Positions 14,705-34,405 of a DNA stretch of 64,000 nucleotides are shown piece after piece. The position numbers were made by a program, and so were the translations under genes. The DNA comes from the human T2T-CHM13v2.0 reference genome, Homo sapiens. The notes under the pieces were generated by a model. The model saw only the letters and a program-made list of their open reading frames with translations, did not search any database and had not been told where the DNA came from. The number at the start of each line of letters is the position of its first letter. The first letter of the stretch is position 1. The stretch is from the NCBI RefSeq assembly GCF_009914755.1, contig NC_060946.1, one strand, 5' to 3'.

Positions 14705-15894
14705 ATTATACACATATTATTTTATAAACAATTTATGATAAACAGAAAACATGCGTTTCTACTGTCTTTTATAATGTTAATTTTACCTATACCAGTGCTT
14801 TTTTAAAAAAAGTGGATTCAAATGACTGTCTTGTGCAACTTGCTTTTAGCCTTAGGAATTTATTTTGGTGTTTTTTCTTTTTTTGTTTGTTTGGTAGGTC
14901 TGCCAGCAACAACTTCAGTTAATATTTCTGTTTCTCTGGGTAAGTCTTTGTGTTATCTTCATTTTTGAAAACTAATTGCTGGATAAGGAATTGGTGGCTG
15001 ACAGTTTTTTTTCCTTTGCATTTTTTGAATATATTATCCTCCTACCTCTTGCCTTCCATTGTTTCTGTTAAATCAGCTGTTAATCTTACAAAACATAGGT
15101 GCACAAAAAATAAACACGTGCATGAAGTGTGAGAAGGCTACATTCCTGAGACCCTGAGAAAAAGTACCTGCATAAGACTGAGATGAAATTACCTACTCTA
15201 GTTATAATTGAAATCCCAAAAAGAAAAGGGGAAAAAATAATGGAGCCAAAGAAATATTTTTCAAAATAACTGCCAAAAATATTCTAAAAGAAGTGACAGA
15301 AAATCAAACTTCAGATATAGGAAACTCAGAGAATGTCAAATAGAACAAAAACAAATAAGAATTACATCTTGAAAAATCTTTAAAAAATCAACTCTAAATT
15401 TTATATCTCCAAATATATAGAGATATAAATAGGTTATCTTCAAGATATGGAGAAAGCCATATCATGGAAACACTAAAATAAAGCTGTGGGAAGGACCACA
15501 TTGATATTAGACACAACAGAGTTCAGAACAAGAAATAGTATCAGAGATGAGAGATAATAGATAATATAATCATCAATTCTCAAGAAGATGTAAACCTCCT
15601 ACTAATTAGGGTATGCAGCTAACAACAGAACCTCCAAATACATGAGGAAAAACATGAAAGAAATCAAAGGTGAACTAGAAAAATCCAAAATTATATTTGC
15701 AGACTTCAACACTTTTGTCTTAGTAATAGACAGACTAGGCACAATCTCAGTAATCATGCGGAAGATAAGAACAACAATATCACCAACAAGACATCCAATC
15801 TGCAATGGCAGATACTCTTTCCTTTCAAGTGAAAAAAAAAAAAAAAACAGTATGGCGTATTCTGCAACAAACCCAGAATTTCTAATATTTGCGG

Positions 15895-16465
15895 TCTTCC
15901 TTCCTTCTTTCCATCTTCCTTTCCCTTCTCTTCCCTTCCCTTGTCTTCTTCCTTACTTTCTTCTTTTCCTCTTCCTTTTCTTTTTTCTTTTCCTTTCTTT
16001 TTCTTTCTTGTATTCTCCTTCCTTCCTTCTTTCTTTCCTCTTTTGCTTCCTTCCTTCCTCCCTCCCTTCCTTTCTCCCTCCCTTCTTTTCTTTTCTTTCT
16101 TTCTCAATTTCTTGCTTTCTTTCCTTTTTTCTCCCTTCCTCCCTCCCTCCTGTTCTTCCTCCCTCCCTTCCTTTCCTCCTTTTACCATCCTTCCTTCCCT
16201 CCTTCTCCTCTTTATTTTCTTTGTTTCTCTGCATTCCTCCCTTTTACCATTCTCTCTTCCTCCTTTCCTTCCTCCCTTCCTCCTTTCTTTCTTTCCTTCT
16301 TTCTTTCTTGTGTTCTTGCTTTCTTTTTTCTCGCTTTCTGCCTTTCTCCCTCCCTCCCTCCTTCCCTCCCTTCCTTCCTTATCTCATTTCCTCCTTTTCT
16401 TTCTTCTTTCTTTCTTTCCTTCCTTCCTTCTTTCCTTCCTTCTTTTTTGTTTCTTTTATTTCTCT
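15895..16465 (+). repeat. Polypyrimidine (CTTC/TTTC/CTCC) low-complexity tract
   Basis: ~570 bp almost entirely C/T on the + strand; source of the F/S/L/P and K/R/E/G ORFs. Confidence 0.95.
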
Positions 16466-16557
16466 TTACTACAATTCACATTATTTAAAAAAAATTAAGA
16501 GAGGGAGGCAGAAAAATAAAGAACACTTTAATCTGCAGGTAAATAGATTATGTCTGC

Positions 16558-17355
<798 letters not shown>

Positions 17356-18348
17356 GAAGTTTATATAGTAATTGTATCATGAAAATGAGAACCATAATTT
17401 ACAACTGCTTTTAATACTGCACTTGGATGTTTGAAATCACATACATGGAAATGATCTCTATGTGTATGAGGGAGGATAGCAAATTGATGCCAAAATAATG
17501 CAAATGCAAATTTTACACTCATTTCTATGTAGGTTTCATTTAATCTTTGAAATTAAAATGAAATAAAAAATTATGATATTTTGATGAAATTAGACTAAAA
17601 TGAACAATAACAAAATAAGAACTTATTTATATTCTTTATATGGTCAGTAAAGAAGTGATAGTGGAAAAAAAACAAGATCAAATGAAGGTGATGATTTAGG
17701 AAGTTGGAAAGATAGCTTAAACTACAAAATGGTATATAACTAGTGGACACTTAGACACATTGATTGATGAACTTCAGCTTTTGGCTTGCTGAGAGCATAA
17801 AATGAGAGCAGCTGAGGTTTGCAAATTTGTAATCTCCTTGTGGAAAAACAGGCAAAAACACATCTCAGCCTAATAAGATTTATCTACTAAAGAGTCAAGA
17901 CTTGATCCATTTGTCCTTGTAATTGAAAAGCTAATTCAAATACTGATTTGATGTATTGTGTGAACAACCATTGCTGATTATCATTGCATACCTCGCATTG
18001 TCTTTAATCTGATATCTAAAATATTTGGTAATTCCTAGACTTTCTCTTTTCAAACCCAGTACGGTTTAATTTCAATCTTAGAAGAGTTGTCTTTGAGAAA
18101 TTCTTCCCTCTACTGCATCTGTGAATGGGCATAGCATGGTTACATACATACTGTCACCCCAGAGAACATTTGTTAAATTAGAGCCAAAGTTTAAAGCAAC
18201 AGCTTTAACTCACTGGTTTTACTAACGTTTTCCTCCCCAATAGCCACAACAACATTGATACCCTCACACCTTTTAACATAAAGCTTAGTGTTGTCTATTT
18301 TTCAGGTGCTGTCATCTATATGGTCTCAGTATTTTAAAAATCAGCTTC

Positions 18349-18660
<312 letters not shown>

Positions 18661-20224
18661 CAACTCCATTGATTTCTACATAAATATGCACAGGTGATGT
18701 CCATACAGACATAAATAATAATATATCTGACAATGATTCCATATGATCTTCAAAATGTAAAATGCCTATCTGTTTAATTGGTTAGTCTCATTAATGAATA
18801 TAGATTCAATTCTACTTTCTTGTTCTAGATAAATTATATAATCTAGCTTTTGGTTTCACTTATTTACTGATAACAACAGGAAGAATGACAAGATATCTAT
18901 TTTGGAAAATTACTCTGGTAGGAGTAAAGATGAAACTGATAGAATTGCATGGAAAACTAGAAAAAAGTATGGTCTTCTGATATTCTATCACATCATATAC
19001 CAAAGGCCTCATAAAACTCATATATTTTATCTAAAAATGTTATTTTCACCTTAGGATCAAAGCATGAGACTGGAATTGTATTAAAATGTGCTTGTATCAC
19101 AAGAACATGTGCTAAAAAGGAGGGGAAAACATCACTACTGATATTTTAAACATATGTTTTACTTTCCATCAACATGAACCTCAACTTGATATGATGCAGA
19201 TTGAAGGAAATCACCCATAATTCCATATGAAGAAGGCCTGTGATATTTTATGGGAAAATAAATAGAGAAAATGCTAACAGCAACCCTATTAAGCATGAAG
19301 CTTTATGGAGCAAAGACAAATCCAGTGGTGAAAGATACACACTCGAGTTCTGTTTGTTGTCTTGGAACAATACGGTTTAGAGGTGACTGGCGGGTGAGGA
19401 GAACATATGCAAGTTCACCAAAGAGAAAAGCTGAATGAGGCAATGCCTCTTCCTGACTATATCTCTTACTCGGATAACTATATAATTTATTGTCCAGTAA
19501 AGGGTATATTAAAAAATCATATTAAAAGTCATGCAGTGAAGTTGTCCAGGGAAATCAAGACTTAACAGTCTCACTCTGACAATAATGAATAGGGGGGTTC
19601 CCTCAAGATAGACTAGGACATGACCCCACACTGGCAGGTAGTAGTACCAGAAAAGAACCCATGGAAAATCTTTACCTTATGCTTGAGGTAAGGACCAGGC
19701 TAAAGTGAAAGCCAGACATAAAATTCTATCTAAAATATATCCACAATCGAAGAAAATATGTGGTGTACAGGCATAGAATGTCTTTACTGGATCATTGAAA
19801 TAGTAAGATAAATTCAACTTTTTACGTTGTTTTCTTTTCCTCCAGTTAGGGCTTGAGGTTTGTCTCTGGAGAGTGACTGTCAATTGGAGCCCTGCCTTTC
19901 TGGGGTTCTGGGCAGGGGGTTGTGGATGCTTAACATGTGCCTTTCACAGGACACTTCCTTACCCCAGCAGTGGCCAGGTGTGCATCCCACGACCAGGCCT
20001 CCCTCTCACAGAACATCTGTTGAGACTAGGAAATGCCTGGTGACTGTTGCCTGACCTGTGTCCTGTGTATTTCTGACAAGAGCCACTCTCAGAGACCCTG
20101 GCCAGGAGGAGAGTTAGGTTCCAGTGTAGCTCAGCTCAGACACATGGAGGCCACAGGACCAAACATGGGAAATCATAGAAGTAGGTTTATTACTCACAGA
20201 TCCAGAGAGAAGAGGGTAGCTGAG

Positions 20225-20567
20225 AAGAGGGTTTAGCTGTGTCCCCAGCCAAATCTCATCTTGAATTCCCACATGTTGTGGGAGGGAACAGGTGTGAGGT
20301 AATTGAATCATGGGGGCAGGTCTTTCCCATGCTGTTCTTCTGATAGTGAATAAGTCTCACAAGATCTGATGGTTTTATAAAGGGGAGTTTCCCTGCACAA
20401 GCTCTCTTGTCTTGTCTGCTGCCATGTGAGACGTGCCTTTCACCTTGCGCCATGATTGTGAGGCCTACCCAGCCATGTAGAACTGTGTGTCTATTAAACT
20501 TCTTTCTTCTGGAAATTACCCACTCTTGGGCATGTCTTTACCAGCGGTGTGAAAATGGACTAATACA
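20225..20567 (+). mobile_element. THE1-type (MaLR) solo LTR
   Basis: gtttagctgtgtccccagccaaatctcatcttgaattcccacatgttgtgggagggaa...gtgaaaatggactaataca. Confidence 0.92.
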
Positions 20568-22543
20568 GTAGCACACCTCATAGGGCTGAACAAAATGGGG
20601 AAGATGAGTGGGGAGCAGGAGAGAGAAAAGGGGTCTGTGGGACTCCAGCCTTTATTAGGCCCAGAGCATTACCCAAATAAGTTTTCCACGGGGTCTAGTC
20701 GGTGGGGTGAGTGTCAGCAGGCACATTTCTTGGCTCCCGCTGCAACTAAGCAGGTCACTCTGGCGTGTGGGGGCTGTCCATGTGGGCTGTGAGGTCTGTG
20801 GGGTGAGTCAGGTAGGTTGTATCCAACGGTTCTGTAGTGGGCATTCATCAGGAGGAGGCAACTGTGTAGGGTGAATTTCTGGGCCAGCCATACTGAGAAA
20901 CTGTGAGGGTTAGAACTGGAAATTGTCAACGGAATCTGAACCCAGCTACCATATGAGAGAGTTCGACTTACGTTCAATGTGAATGCCATGGCAATATTAA
21001 AAGGTAAGAAATGGCTCCATAAGTGCTTGAGGTATATAGGAGAAACCTAGAATTTATGCAAACAGTGAGAAGATTGGATTGGTTTTCCATCACATATTTT
21101 AATACTAGCAGCATATTATATATGTCAATCCATCAGACATTCAGAAATGCATGCTTATGAAAATTTTTTGCACCTTCAGACAAAAGACAAGGGTAGAAGA
21201 CATTTGTAACCCTATAAACACTAGTAAATTAAAAACAGAAGGACCTTATGTCCTAACATATTTGTGTTGGGAAAGGCTGCCCTGTGAAATATGGGATTTC
21301 TTAAACATATTTTAAAAATCATGGGTGTCAATATTTTTTAGAAATCCATTTAAATTTTCTCTTGCTATTTTACAATGCCTATTTATTTATTTAGTGGCTC
21401 TGCTGATTTTGATGTATATCCTAAACTTTACATTCTCTTTAAAGGATGTTTTATACAACTTTATGTAAAATGTTTCAGTGTCTTCACATTCTCTCCCTGT
21501 CCTTTTGTTTTGCTCTTATATGGTGGTCTTGAGTCTTTTCTCTGGCTTTTCAAACCTAGTAAGACTAAGACACTAAAGTAACTTTGCCCGTGGTTTGGTA
21601 ATGCCTTCTAAAGCACATCCTAAGCTCTCGTGCATACAGGGGTCTCCTTTGAGCTCTGTGCTTTTGAGATCCCATATACCTAAATTCCAGTATTGGAAAT
21701 CAGTACTGCTCAGTTTCAGTTACTAAGTTTAAAAATGTATTTTAATAGCAAGTTAGTTTAGTGCACTCTTGCTTCTTTCTTGACTGTTTGTATACATGTA
21801 TATTCCTTTAAATGAATCTTGGAATTTATTTAAAAATTTTAAATTATACTAATGAAACTGTATATTGTTGTGAATTCACAGGTGAATTTGGAAAGAATTT
21901 GTTTTTATGATACTAAATCCTTTTTATCCAAGAATCATGTGACTTTATATTTATTCCAGTCTATATTTATATCACTGAGTAAATATATAGAAATGTAGAT
22001 ACATACAGCTGTAGTTATAGATACAAATATAGATATAACATGTTAAATCTATATCTATCCCATATAACATATATACATGTTATATGTGGGTGTGTATATA
22101 TATATGTTTATGTTATTAAAGAGCTCCCTTAAAATTTTTATTTTATTTCCTATATAATTTTAGGTCGAGCTTGAATTTTCCTTGTATAAACAAGCAAATA
22201 TTTATACTAGTTTTAACACTGATGTTTAGACATTCTATCTTATTTTAGCATTGAATATTTTCACAATTATTATAAATATTATCTAATATTAATAATGTAC
22301 CTGTTAAAAATATTTAAAATTTTACCTTTGAATTATTTTATTGTTGAATTTAAATTCCTTTAATATGACAGTAAATTTCTATTTTATGCTTTCTCTATGC
22401 ATATGCAAATTAATCTATCCACTTCTCTATCTCTATGTAGTAACACATGAAAATCAGGCCTCTCTTCTTCTAATGGACATACACATGTTTGCATATAGAA
22501 TATCAGACTCTTTATAGCATTTAAAATCTTTAAAGACATGAAT

Positions 22544-22545
22544 AT

Positions 22546-22593
<48 letters not shown>

Positions 22594-22691
22594 TATACTC
22601 TAAGTTTCAGGGTACATGTGCACATTGTGCAGGTTAGTTACATATGTATACATGTGCCATGCTGGTGCGCTGCACCCACTAATTGCCTTTT
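22544..22691 (-). mobile_element. Young 5'-truncated L1HS-type insertion (~90 bp plus poly-A) with 10-bp TSD
   Basis: 42 uninterrupted T (22550-22591), then attatactctaag...cacattgtgcaggttagttac...ggtgcgctgcacccactaa. TSD attgcctttt at 22544-22553 and 22682-22691; target TT/AAAA. Confidence 0.93.
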
Positions 22692-23036
22692 AACAAATAT
22701 ATTTTAGCATGTACTGAGAATACCCTATTTATTTTTAATTTGGGCTAATCAATATGATTATTAATATTATTGGATTACCGAATTTGGAAACACATTTTCA
22801 TCCCCAAGGTGGATATTTGTTGTTTTTTTTTTTTTTTTTTTTGCCAATTTCTTGTCTTACTGTTTCAAATGTTGTTGTATATTATTTTTATTTTATTTGG
22901 GATTTTAGTATCAACATTTGTAAGTGATGTACTCTACATATTTTTTCTTCAATATCTGGTGGGTTTTATAATTACAGCCATATTGGATTTGTAGTAGACA
23001 TTCACAAAAATTATTCCTGTATGTTTTATAGCTGTA

Positions 23037-23580
23037 TGAAGGAAACTAATATATTTTACCCCTAAATATATTTCCTTGATATATTTCAAAATGGCTATTG
23101 AGAAGGGCTGGAAATGCAAACTTAGCTGCAAAGCTGTCTTGGGGAGATTTGCACTGTTAGAGAATCTGCCTTGATGCAGCCAGGCTTTCTCTGAGTTCTG
23201 CCCCCTTGTCTGGATCTAGGAAAGGTTAACTGAGAGTCTGAGGTCTCCAAAGGTCTGAAAGAAACATTTTCTGTCTATTCTCTCTGAGGAATGCTCCCAG
23301 TGAGGTTCCACCTATGTAATAAGTCCACTGTTGCTAGCCAGGGTCGTTTTCTCACATAACCTTTTTTTATTTTCCCTGTGATCCAAGACCCCATTCTTTC
23401 TGTAAACTTCATGTGGTAGATAAGCTTCTGCACGCATCGTGTGTCTGGGTCTTCGTTCTAAGGGCTCCAGTGTACACACATTGCAGAAACCTGTATGCCT
23501 TTTCTACTATTTATCTGCCTCCTATTAGTGATTTTCAGGGAAACTTCAGAAGGCAAAAGGGATATTCTCCTTTAGCCCAT
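23037..23580 (+). mobile_element. ERV1 solo LTR (MER34-like)
   Basis: tgaaggaaactaatatattttacccctaaatatatttccttgatatatttcaaaatggct...aaacttcagaaggcaaaagggatattctcctt; family name from recall. Confidence 0.65.
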
Positions 23581-23789
23581 ACTCAGACAAAATCCCCCAA
23601 CATTTAACTGATTCCTAATAGCTTAACATCACTTTGAAAAATCCATATATTTATAACCTTTTCTTCCCTCTATGATTTCTGGTCAGCTTGGGTTTTGTTT
23701 TTCATTCCATTTACTTCATCCTCAAAAAAAATCTATTTTGCATCTATTTATTCTCATTTATGGACATGGAGAAAAGAAAATAACTTTCA

Positions 23790-24225
23790 TGTGAGAAATG
23801 CAAGTCCTTTTAAATAATCAGGCCCAGAGAGACATTCAAATGAGACAGCAGTTCTGTCCTGCTCCTCTTTGAGCTGTGTGTTCATCTAGGCTGCTTGCTG
23901 TTGCCACAGTAGCTATAAATTAACCAATAACGCCATACCAGACACTATAATCCACACCAAATAATAGTGTAACAGTGTATAGCCAGTCACTAATAAATGT
24001 TATTTCCATAAGCCAATGAGAATTAGTGACAAACCTCTTTGCATCATCCCACTTCTGGACCCTTTTTTGCCTTTAAGAAACTGCTTGTTGCAAAGCTCCA
24101 AAGGGAGTTCATATCCAAGGATACTTGGGTCTGTTCCTTCCAGGCAGCTGTCCTCATTGTGGCTCAAGTAAACTCTTTGAATTACGTTTTGTGCTTCAGC
24201 CCCTTCCACTTAGATTAATAACATG
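23790..24225 (+). mobile_element. Probable ERV1 solo LTR, family uncertain
   Basis: TG start (tgtgagaaatg), ...gcctttaagaaactgcttgttgcaaagctccaaagggag...ggctcaagtaaactcttt... LTR-like 3' part. Confidence 0.5.
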
Positions 24226-24334
24226 GATTTGTGTCACCATGTACAGCAATTAAAATGTTTACACTTTTCCCCTCGAGGGCGCTGATGTGTTTTCCTGAGC
24301 ACTTGGAATAGCTACGTAGTGTTTACTGTCTAGA

Positions 24335-24530
24335 TTATGGTTTCTCAACCTTGGTGCTACTTACCTTTAGGACCAGAGGATTCTTTGTTGTGGGTGGCTG
24401 CCCTAGCAATTCTAGGTGTTTCGTTTGACCTCTAAATTTCACACCTCCACCAGTCTTGACATCCCCACAATAACCCTAGACATTGACAAATGTCTCCTGG
24501 GGAAAACTCTCCACCAGTTGACAGCCAAAG
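24335..24530 (+). mobile_element. MER20-like hAT DNA transposon
   Basis: tggtttctcaaccttggtgctac...attctttgttgtgggtggctgccc...agacattgacaaatgtctcctgggg...cagttgacagcca. Confidence 0.7.
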
Positions 24531-25499
24531 TTCTGGAAATATTGGAATTGTCAATTGAGATTTTATGTTATCCAAAACAAATATTTTTCTTTGTTTTTAA
24601 ACATCTACTTCCATCTACTTATCTACTTATTTTTACTTTTATTTGTAACTTAATTCCATCAAGGAGAGAGAGTGCATTTTCTGTTATGCTAAATTTTTGA
24701 AGAATGTATTGATTTTTTCTGACCTGATATATGGATGATATGTAGATATTACATGTTTGTATTATCAAATTTCAGGGCGATAATAAAATAAATACTTATA
24801 ATATTTATATTGTCACTGTATATTAGTTATTTTCTTTCTTCACTACAGGAGTTTTTCAACCTATAGGCTATTTTTCAATTCTAGGTTATCCAGTAGATTT
24901 TGAAATGTTATGATTAAATATCTACTTCTCAAGCATTCATCTTTGCAAATGAAACAATCCCAAGCTCTTATAATGCACATCATATAAAGGGCAGATTAGT
25001 CAATATATGGTTCAGAAATAATTATGTAATATTTATAAGAAAATTAAAAATTTAGATCCTTAACTCAGATAACAATAATCCAAATTAAAATTTGATTTCA
25101 TTACATAATTTTAAATGACACCAGAATACTAGTAAAAATGTAGATAAGTTTATATAATCTATTTTAGCTGTAGGACTTTATTAGCATAAATTCAAATACA
25201 GGAACCAAAGTAAGATTGTGACCTATAGTCAAAGGTTAAAATGTACACATTATAGGGGCATGATTAAACTAATTTAAAGCATAATAACATGGAGAAATAT
25301 TGCAAAACATACATTTTACTGAATTAATTGTTAATATCTAATCATTATGTCAGAACAAAATTAAAGAGTAGCTACACACGCACACACCCACACACAAGTG
25401 CAATATTGTCAAATAAACGATGTTCAGCTACACTAGAAATCACACCTGTGTTTTCTCCACAGAAAAGATTAAAAATCACAATAATATTTATTGTACATA

Positions 25500-26433
<934 letters not shown>

Positions 26434-27801
26434 TAGAGAAAAGACAAATATATAGGTGACAAATAATATTTAGAGTGTAAGACGCTTTTTAAAGGTGTAT
26501 TTGCAATTTGTGTCATAACATTTAAATATACATTTATTATTTTAACTATAAAATTTCAAATAATTTAAGCCAAATACATAGTATATGCAGAAAATTTAGC
26601 AATATATCTATGTAGCACCTTACTGTGCATTACTGTAACCAGCTGTCTAATATAAAGAATTAATTAAGGTAGCAGCTACTTTTCAAATAGCGCATTTTTT
26701 TCACAGACATATTAAATAAGACAAATAACATTAAACTTTATTTTTAAATTTGCAGAATAGTGGTTTTCAGCAGATGGTTTATTTTAGCAAATTCCATCTT
26801 CACATTGTGCTATGCTTTTAAGAGTTCCCGCTGTTAACGGATAATATTTTACTGCTGAAACTATCATGTTGTGATATAATTGCTCATTATGGGCCTTAAA
26901 ACACAAGCAATATAATTATTTTCAACTTGGAGCAAATTAAAATCTCATCGCAATTTAAAAACTCTAGAGTCGTCTTCTTCTGGTTATTTTAAACTTGTAT
27001 TTTTCTCTTTATGTTTTTAGTGAGTTGTCTTATCAAGGAGAAGAACTCCAGCTGATTATTCTTTTTTTTCTCTTCCATCCACCTCGCAGGTGTGTTAATA
27101 ATTTCATTTCTCAGAAAATGTTCTTTCATATCCATCTTACAAGATGAGAGGCCTTTTAACATCTTCCATTCGGATGTGATACGAGTAATGGAAAATATTC
27201 CAGCTTCATGAATATGGTGATACAAATAGTTATCCGTCTAACCTCTTTCAGTGCCAAATGTTTACTTGACTCAGTGAATTACTCAGTTGACTGGTAATTT
27301 CTTCTGAAATCACTAATGAGAGGATCAGAGGTCTGGCTGTTGTCTGTACCTCATGTGACTCCCAGTGCAGACAATTGTTTCTATGGAGCACAGACAGTTG
27401 AAAGGATTGACTTCCTGCCTAGAATAGTTTCTGTTGTGCTTCTTATCCTTCTTGTGGAGATTTCAGATTGTCTGAATTGCTTTTCTTTCTTAAGAAAAAA
27501 CGCAACAATTCTCCCACCTGAGAGGAATGTAAACTGTAGAAAGTTAGCAGAACCAATCCGTAAAGCTTTTACATTGTTTTTTGCAAAATGCAGCGCTGGT
27601 GTCTCCATCACTAACCTTTTCTATCCCTCGTTGTTCTTTCTATGACTGCAATAGGATACCTTTAGGCAAATCTGTATTCCCGAGACAGAGTGCCCTTTTG
27701 GTGAGCTATAAGCACACTCAATGGTAGGCTGAAATACTAGCTTTTATCTATGGCAAAATGGAATCATATCAGTGATTTTTTTTAAAAAGGAAATTTAACT
27801 C

Positions 27802-28000
27802 TTGCTATGGTTTGAATGCTTGCCCCTTCCAATCTCATGTTAAAATTTGATCCCCAATGTCGCAGGTGGGGCTTACTGGGAGGTGTTTGGTCATGGGGTT
27901 GGACCTTCATGAATGGATAATACCCTCCCTTAGAAATCTAAAGTTATCTTCCCTCCTCGGTGCCCTCAGGAATGAGTGTACCATTCTTTATTCACCTATA
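27802..28000 (+). mobile_element. MST-type (MaLR) LTR 5' fragment
   Basis: tgctatggtttgaatg...tctcatgttaaaatttgatccccaatgt...gggaggtgtttggtcatgggg. Confidence 0.72.
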
Positions 28001-30523
28001 ATTCCCCCACCCATCCTTTTTGAGATGTTAATTACATGTATGTTACACTGCTGCATATTGTCTGATGTATCAGTGAGTTTCTGGCTTTCTTATTTTAGTT
28101 TACCCTTTGTCCTTTAGTTTGTAAAGCTTCTATTTTTTTTCTATAAATTTTCTGATGTTAGGGTAAAATCCATTACTTATTCCATCTCATGGAATTTTTA
28201 TTTCAAATATTTATTTTTCATCTATACGTGTCACATTTTTCATTTTATAACTTCTATTTTTCTCCTATGTTCAATTTTCATTTAAGTACATTGACATATA
28301 TATGTATTTATCTGTATGTATTCATAAAATATATTTACTTTAAGGACCTTGAAATTTCCTTCTTTTCTGTCATTTATAAATGACTTATTTTTATCCTGTT
28401 AATATATATCTTAATTATATATATCTTACGGCTTCTTTGCATGTCAGAGTTTTTTTTTTGGGGGGGTATTTTGATGTTATGCTATTGAATATCTAGATTT
28501 TATTGGCTACCTTTGAACAATGTTGTGGCAGGCAGTTCAGTAACTTCAGGATGAGTATTTGTCTGTTGTTGTTTTAAATCTTCTCTTTAAACTTTGTGGA
28601 GTTAGTCTAGAGCCATCTGTAACTTGGAGCTAAATGAGCACTGTCACTAGGGTATGAACCTCCAGTGGTCTTTACTGAATATCCTGGAGGTGCAGAGGGG
28701 ATTCCCTTCTCTGGCTGGTCAGAGCTAACGTGTCTTCCTGTCATGTGATTCCAGAGAAGTGTTCTTCTTCCAACTCCCTGGTAGTGTCCTTTGCTGAGCT
28801 CCTTAGAATTTCATCCTATGTACATTTGGCTTAGGGACTTGAGAGAATCCTTAGGCTGATTCTTGGTTCCTTTTTCTGTAAACGTTCTCTTCTACTACAC
28901 ATTCCAGCTGCTTAACCTTTTTTGATTTTTATCTGGTTCCTCAGTGCAATGACAACGTCTGCTCTCTCTGTGATTCCTCTCTACTGCTGTCACGGAGAAT
29001 CTGGGAATAAAGCAGGACTCATTCTGGCTCCTTCTCTTCTCTTGCTGAGCACAGTCCTGTGCTGCCTGATGTTCAGTACTTCAAAAAAATGTTTCATATA
29101 TTTTGTTCAGTTTACTATTCTTTAACTCTAAAAGAGTAACTCCAGTTCCAGTTACAGCATCATGTTCTGTAACTCTACTCCTTGTTGCTTCATTCTGCCA
29201 TTGTCTGGTATGATCGCCCCTTTCCCTTCTGTAATCAGGCCAAGAGCATAATATAATACTAGTTATAACTGCACAGGTTGCCTCCGTTGTGTAAAAAAAT
29301 CACTGAGACTTAACTGTGTCCAACTTTTAAAATGTGAATATAAGTACAACTAAAGCTATATTTTGGTTAATATTTGCATTGCATGCTTTTCCATTATTTA
29401 CTTTCAACATATGTGAAATATGAATATAAATTATAAAAACTTTAAGAGAGTCCATTTAAAAAATCTGGTCTGGTTATGTTTTACCTGGTTTAATACAACG
29501 TTCATTCTTGAATTCAGGGTCTAATATAATTGGTACATTTGTCTATTTGCAAAAAAAAAAAAAACTTGACAATATTTTAAAATTAATTTATCCAACTCAC
29601 AACTTATATGCTTCTGCCGTTGTATGGAAGATACATTTTAAACTTTATGAGATAGCATCCTGTTATACAGTCGATATCCAATTAAATTTCTCTCTATGTT
29701 TATTTCTTTCATTAAAAAATTGTTCTTCTAACTGCAAACTTTCATCAGGGATCATGGCTCTTCTATCTGAAGAATAATCTTCAGTATTTCTTTTCCTGTG
29801 GGACTGCTTGGGAGAAATTCTTTATTGTATCTTTGCTTTTGATGGATATGTCCACCAAATAGACAGTTCTAGGTCAGCACTTATTTTATTTCAGGACTTG
29901 AAAGATATCAATACCTCACTTGTTGGCTTTCGTTGTTTCATTTGAGAAAGTTGTTATCAGTCAACTCTTTCTCTTTGTAGTTACCCCAATTTTTTTTATC
30001 AAGTGCTCTTTACATTTTTCTTTTACTTTTCAGAAATTGTCCCATTATGTTTCTAGATGTGTCCTCTGTGTGTGTTTTCCTTTGCTTTGAAAAGCCTCCT
30101 GAACCTGTGGTTTAATATTATTGGTCAATTTTGATAAAACCTCTAACATTGTCACTTAAAATGCTGTTCAGAGAAGCTGTTTTCTCCTTCTTAGATTTCA
30201 ACGTGTTAGATTATTACTCTATCCTTCTTATTTTTTAAATGAACTTACTCTACAATTTTTTTAGTTGGTTAATCTGTATTAGTGTATATTTTGTTATTTT
30301 ATTCTATTTTATTTTATTATTATACCTTAAGTTTTAGGATACATGTGCACCATGTGCAGGTTTGTAACATAAGTGTTCATGTGCCATGTTGGTGTGCTGC
30401 ACTCATTAACTCGTCATTTAGCATTAGGTATATCTCTTAATGCTATCCCTCCCCACTCCCCCCACCCCACAACAGTCCCTGGTGTGTGATGTTCCCCTTC
30501 CTGTGTCCATGTGTTCTCATTGT

Positions 30524-34342
<3,819 letters not shown>

Positions 34343-34405
34343 TATGATGTTAGCTGGTTATTTTGCTTGTTAGTTGATGCAGTTTCTTCCTAGTCTCGAT
34401 GGTCT

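Noticed and set aside
21960-22110. Small AT-rich hairpins (also an 18-bp palindrome tatacaaatatttgtata near 26267-26284)
   Set aside because: Expected in TA-rich low-complexity sequence.
26989-27645. Short ORFs (76-109 aa) in non-repetitive-looking DNA
   Set aside because: No recognisable homology; lengths expected by chance.
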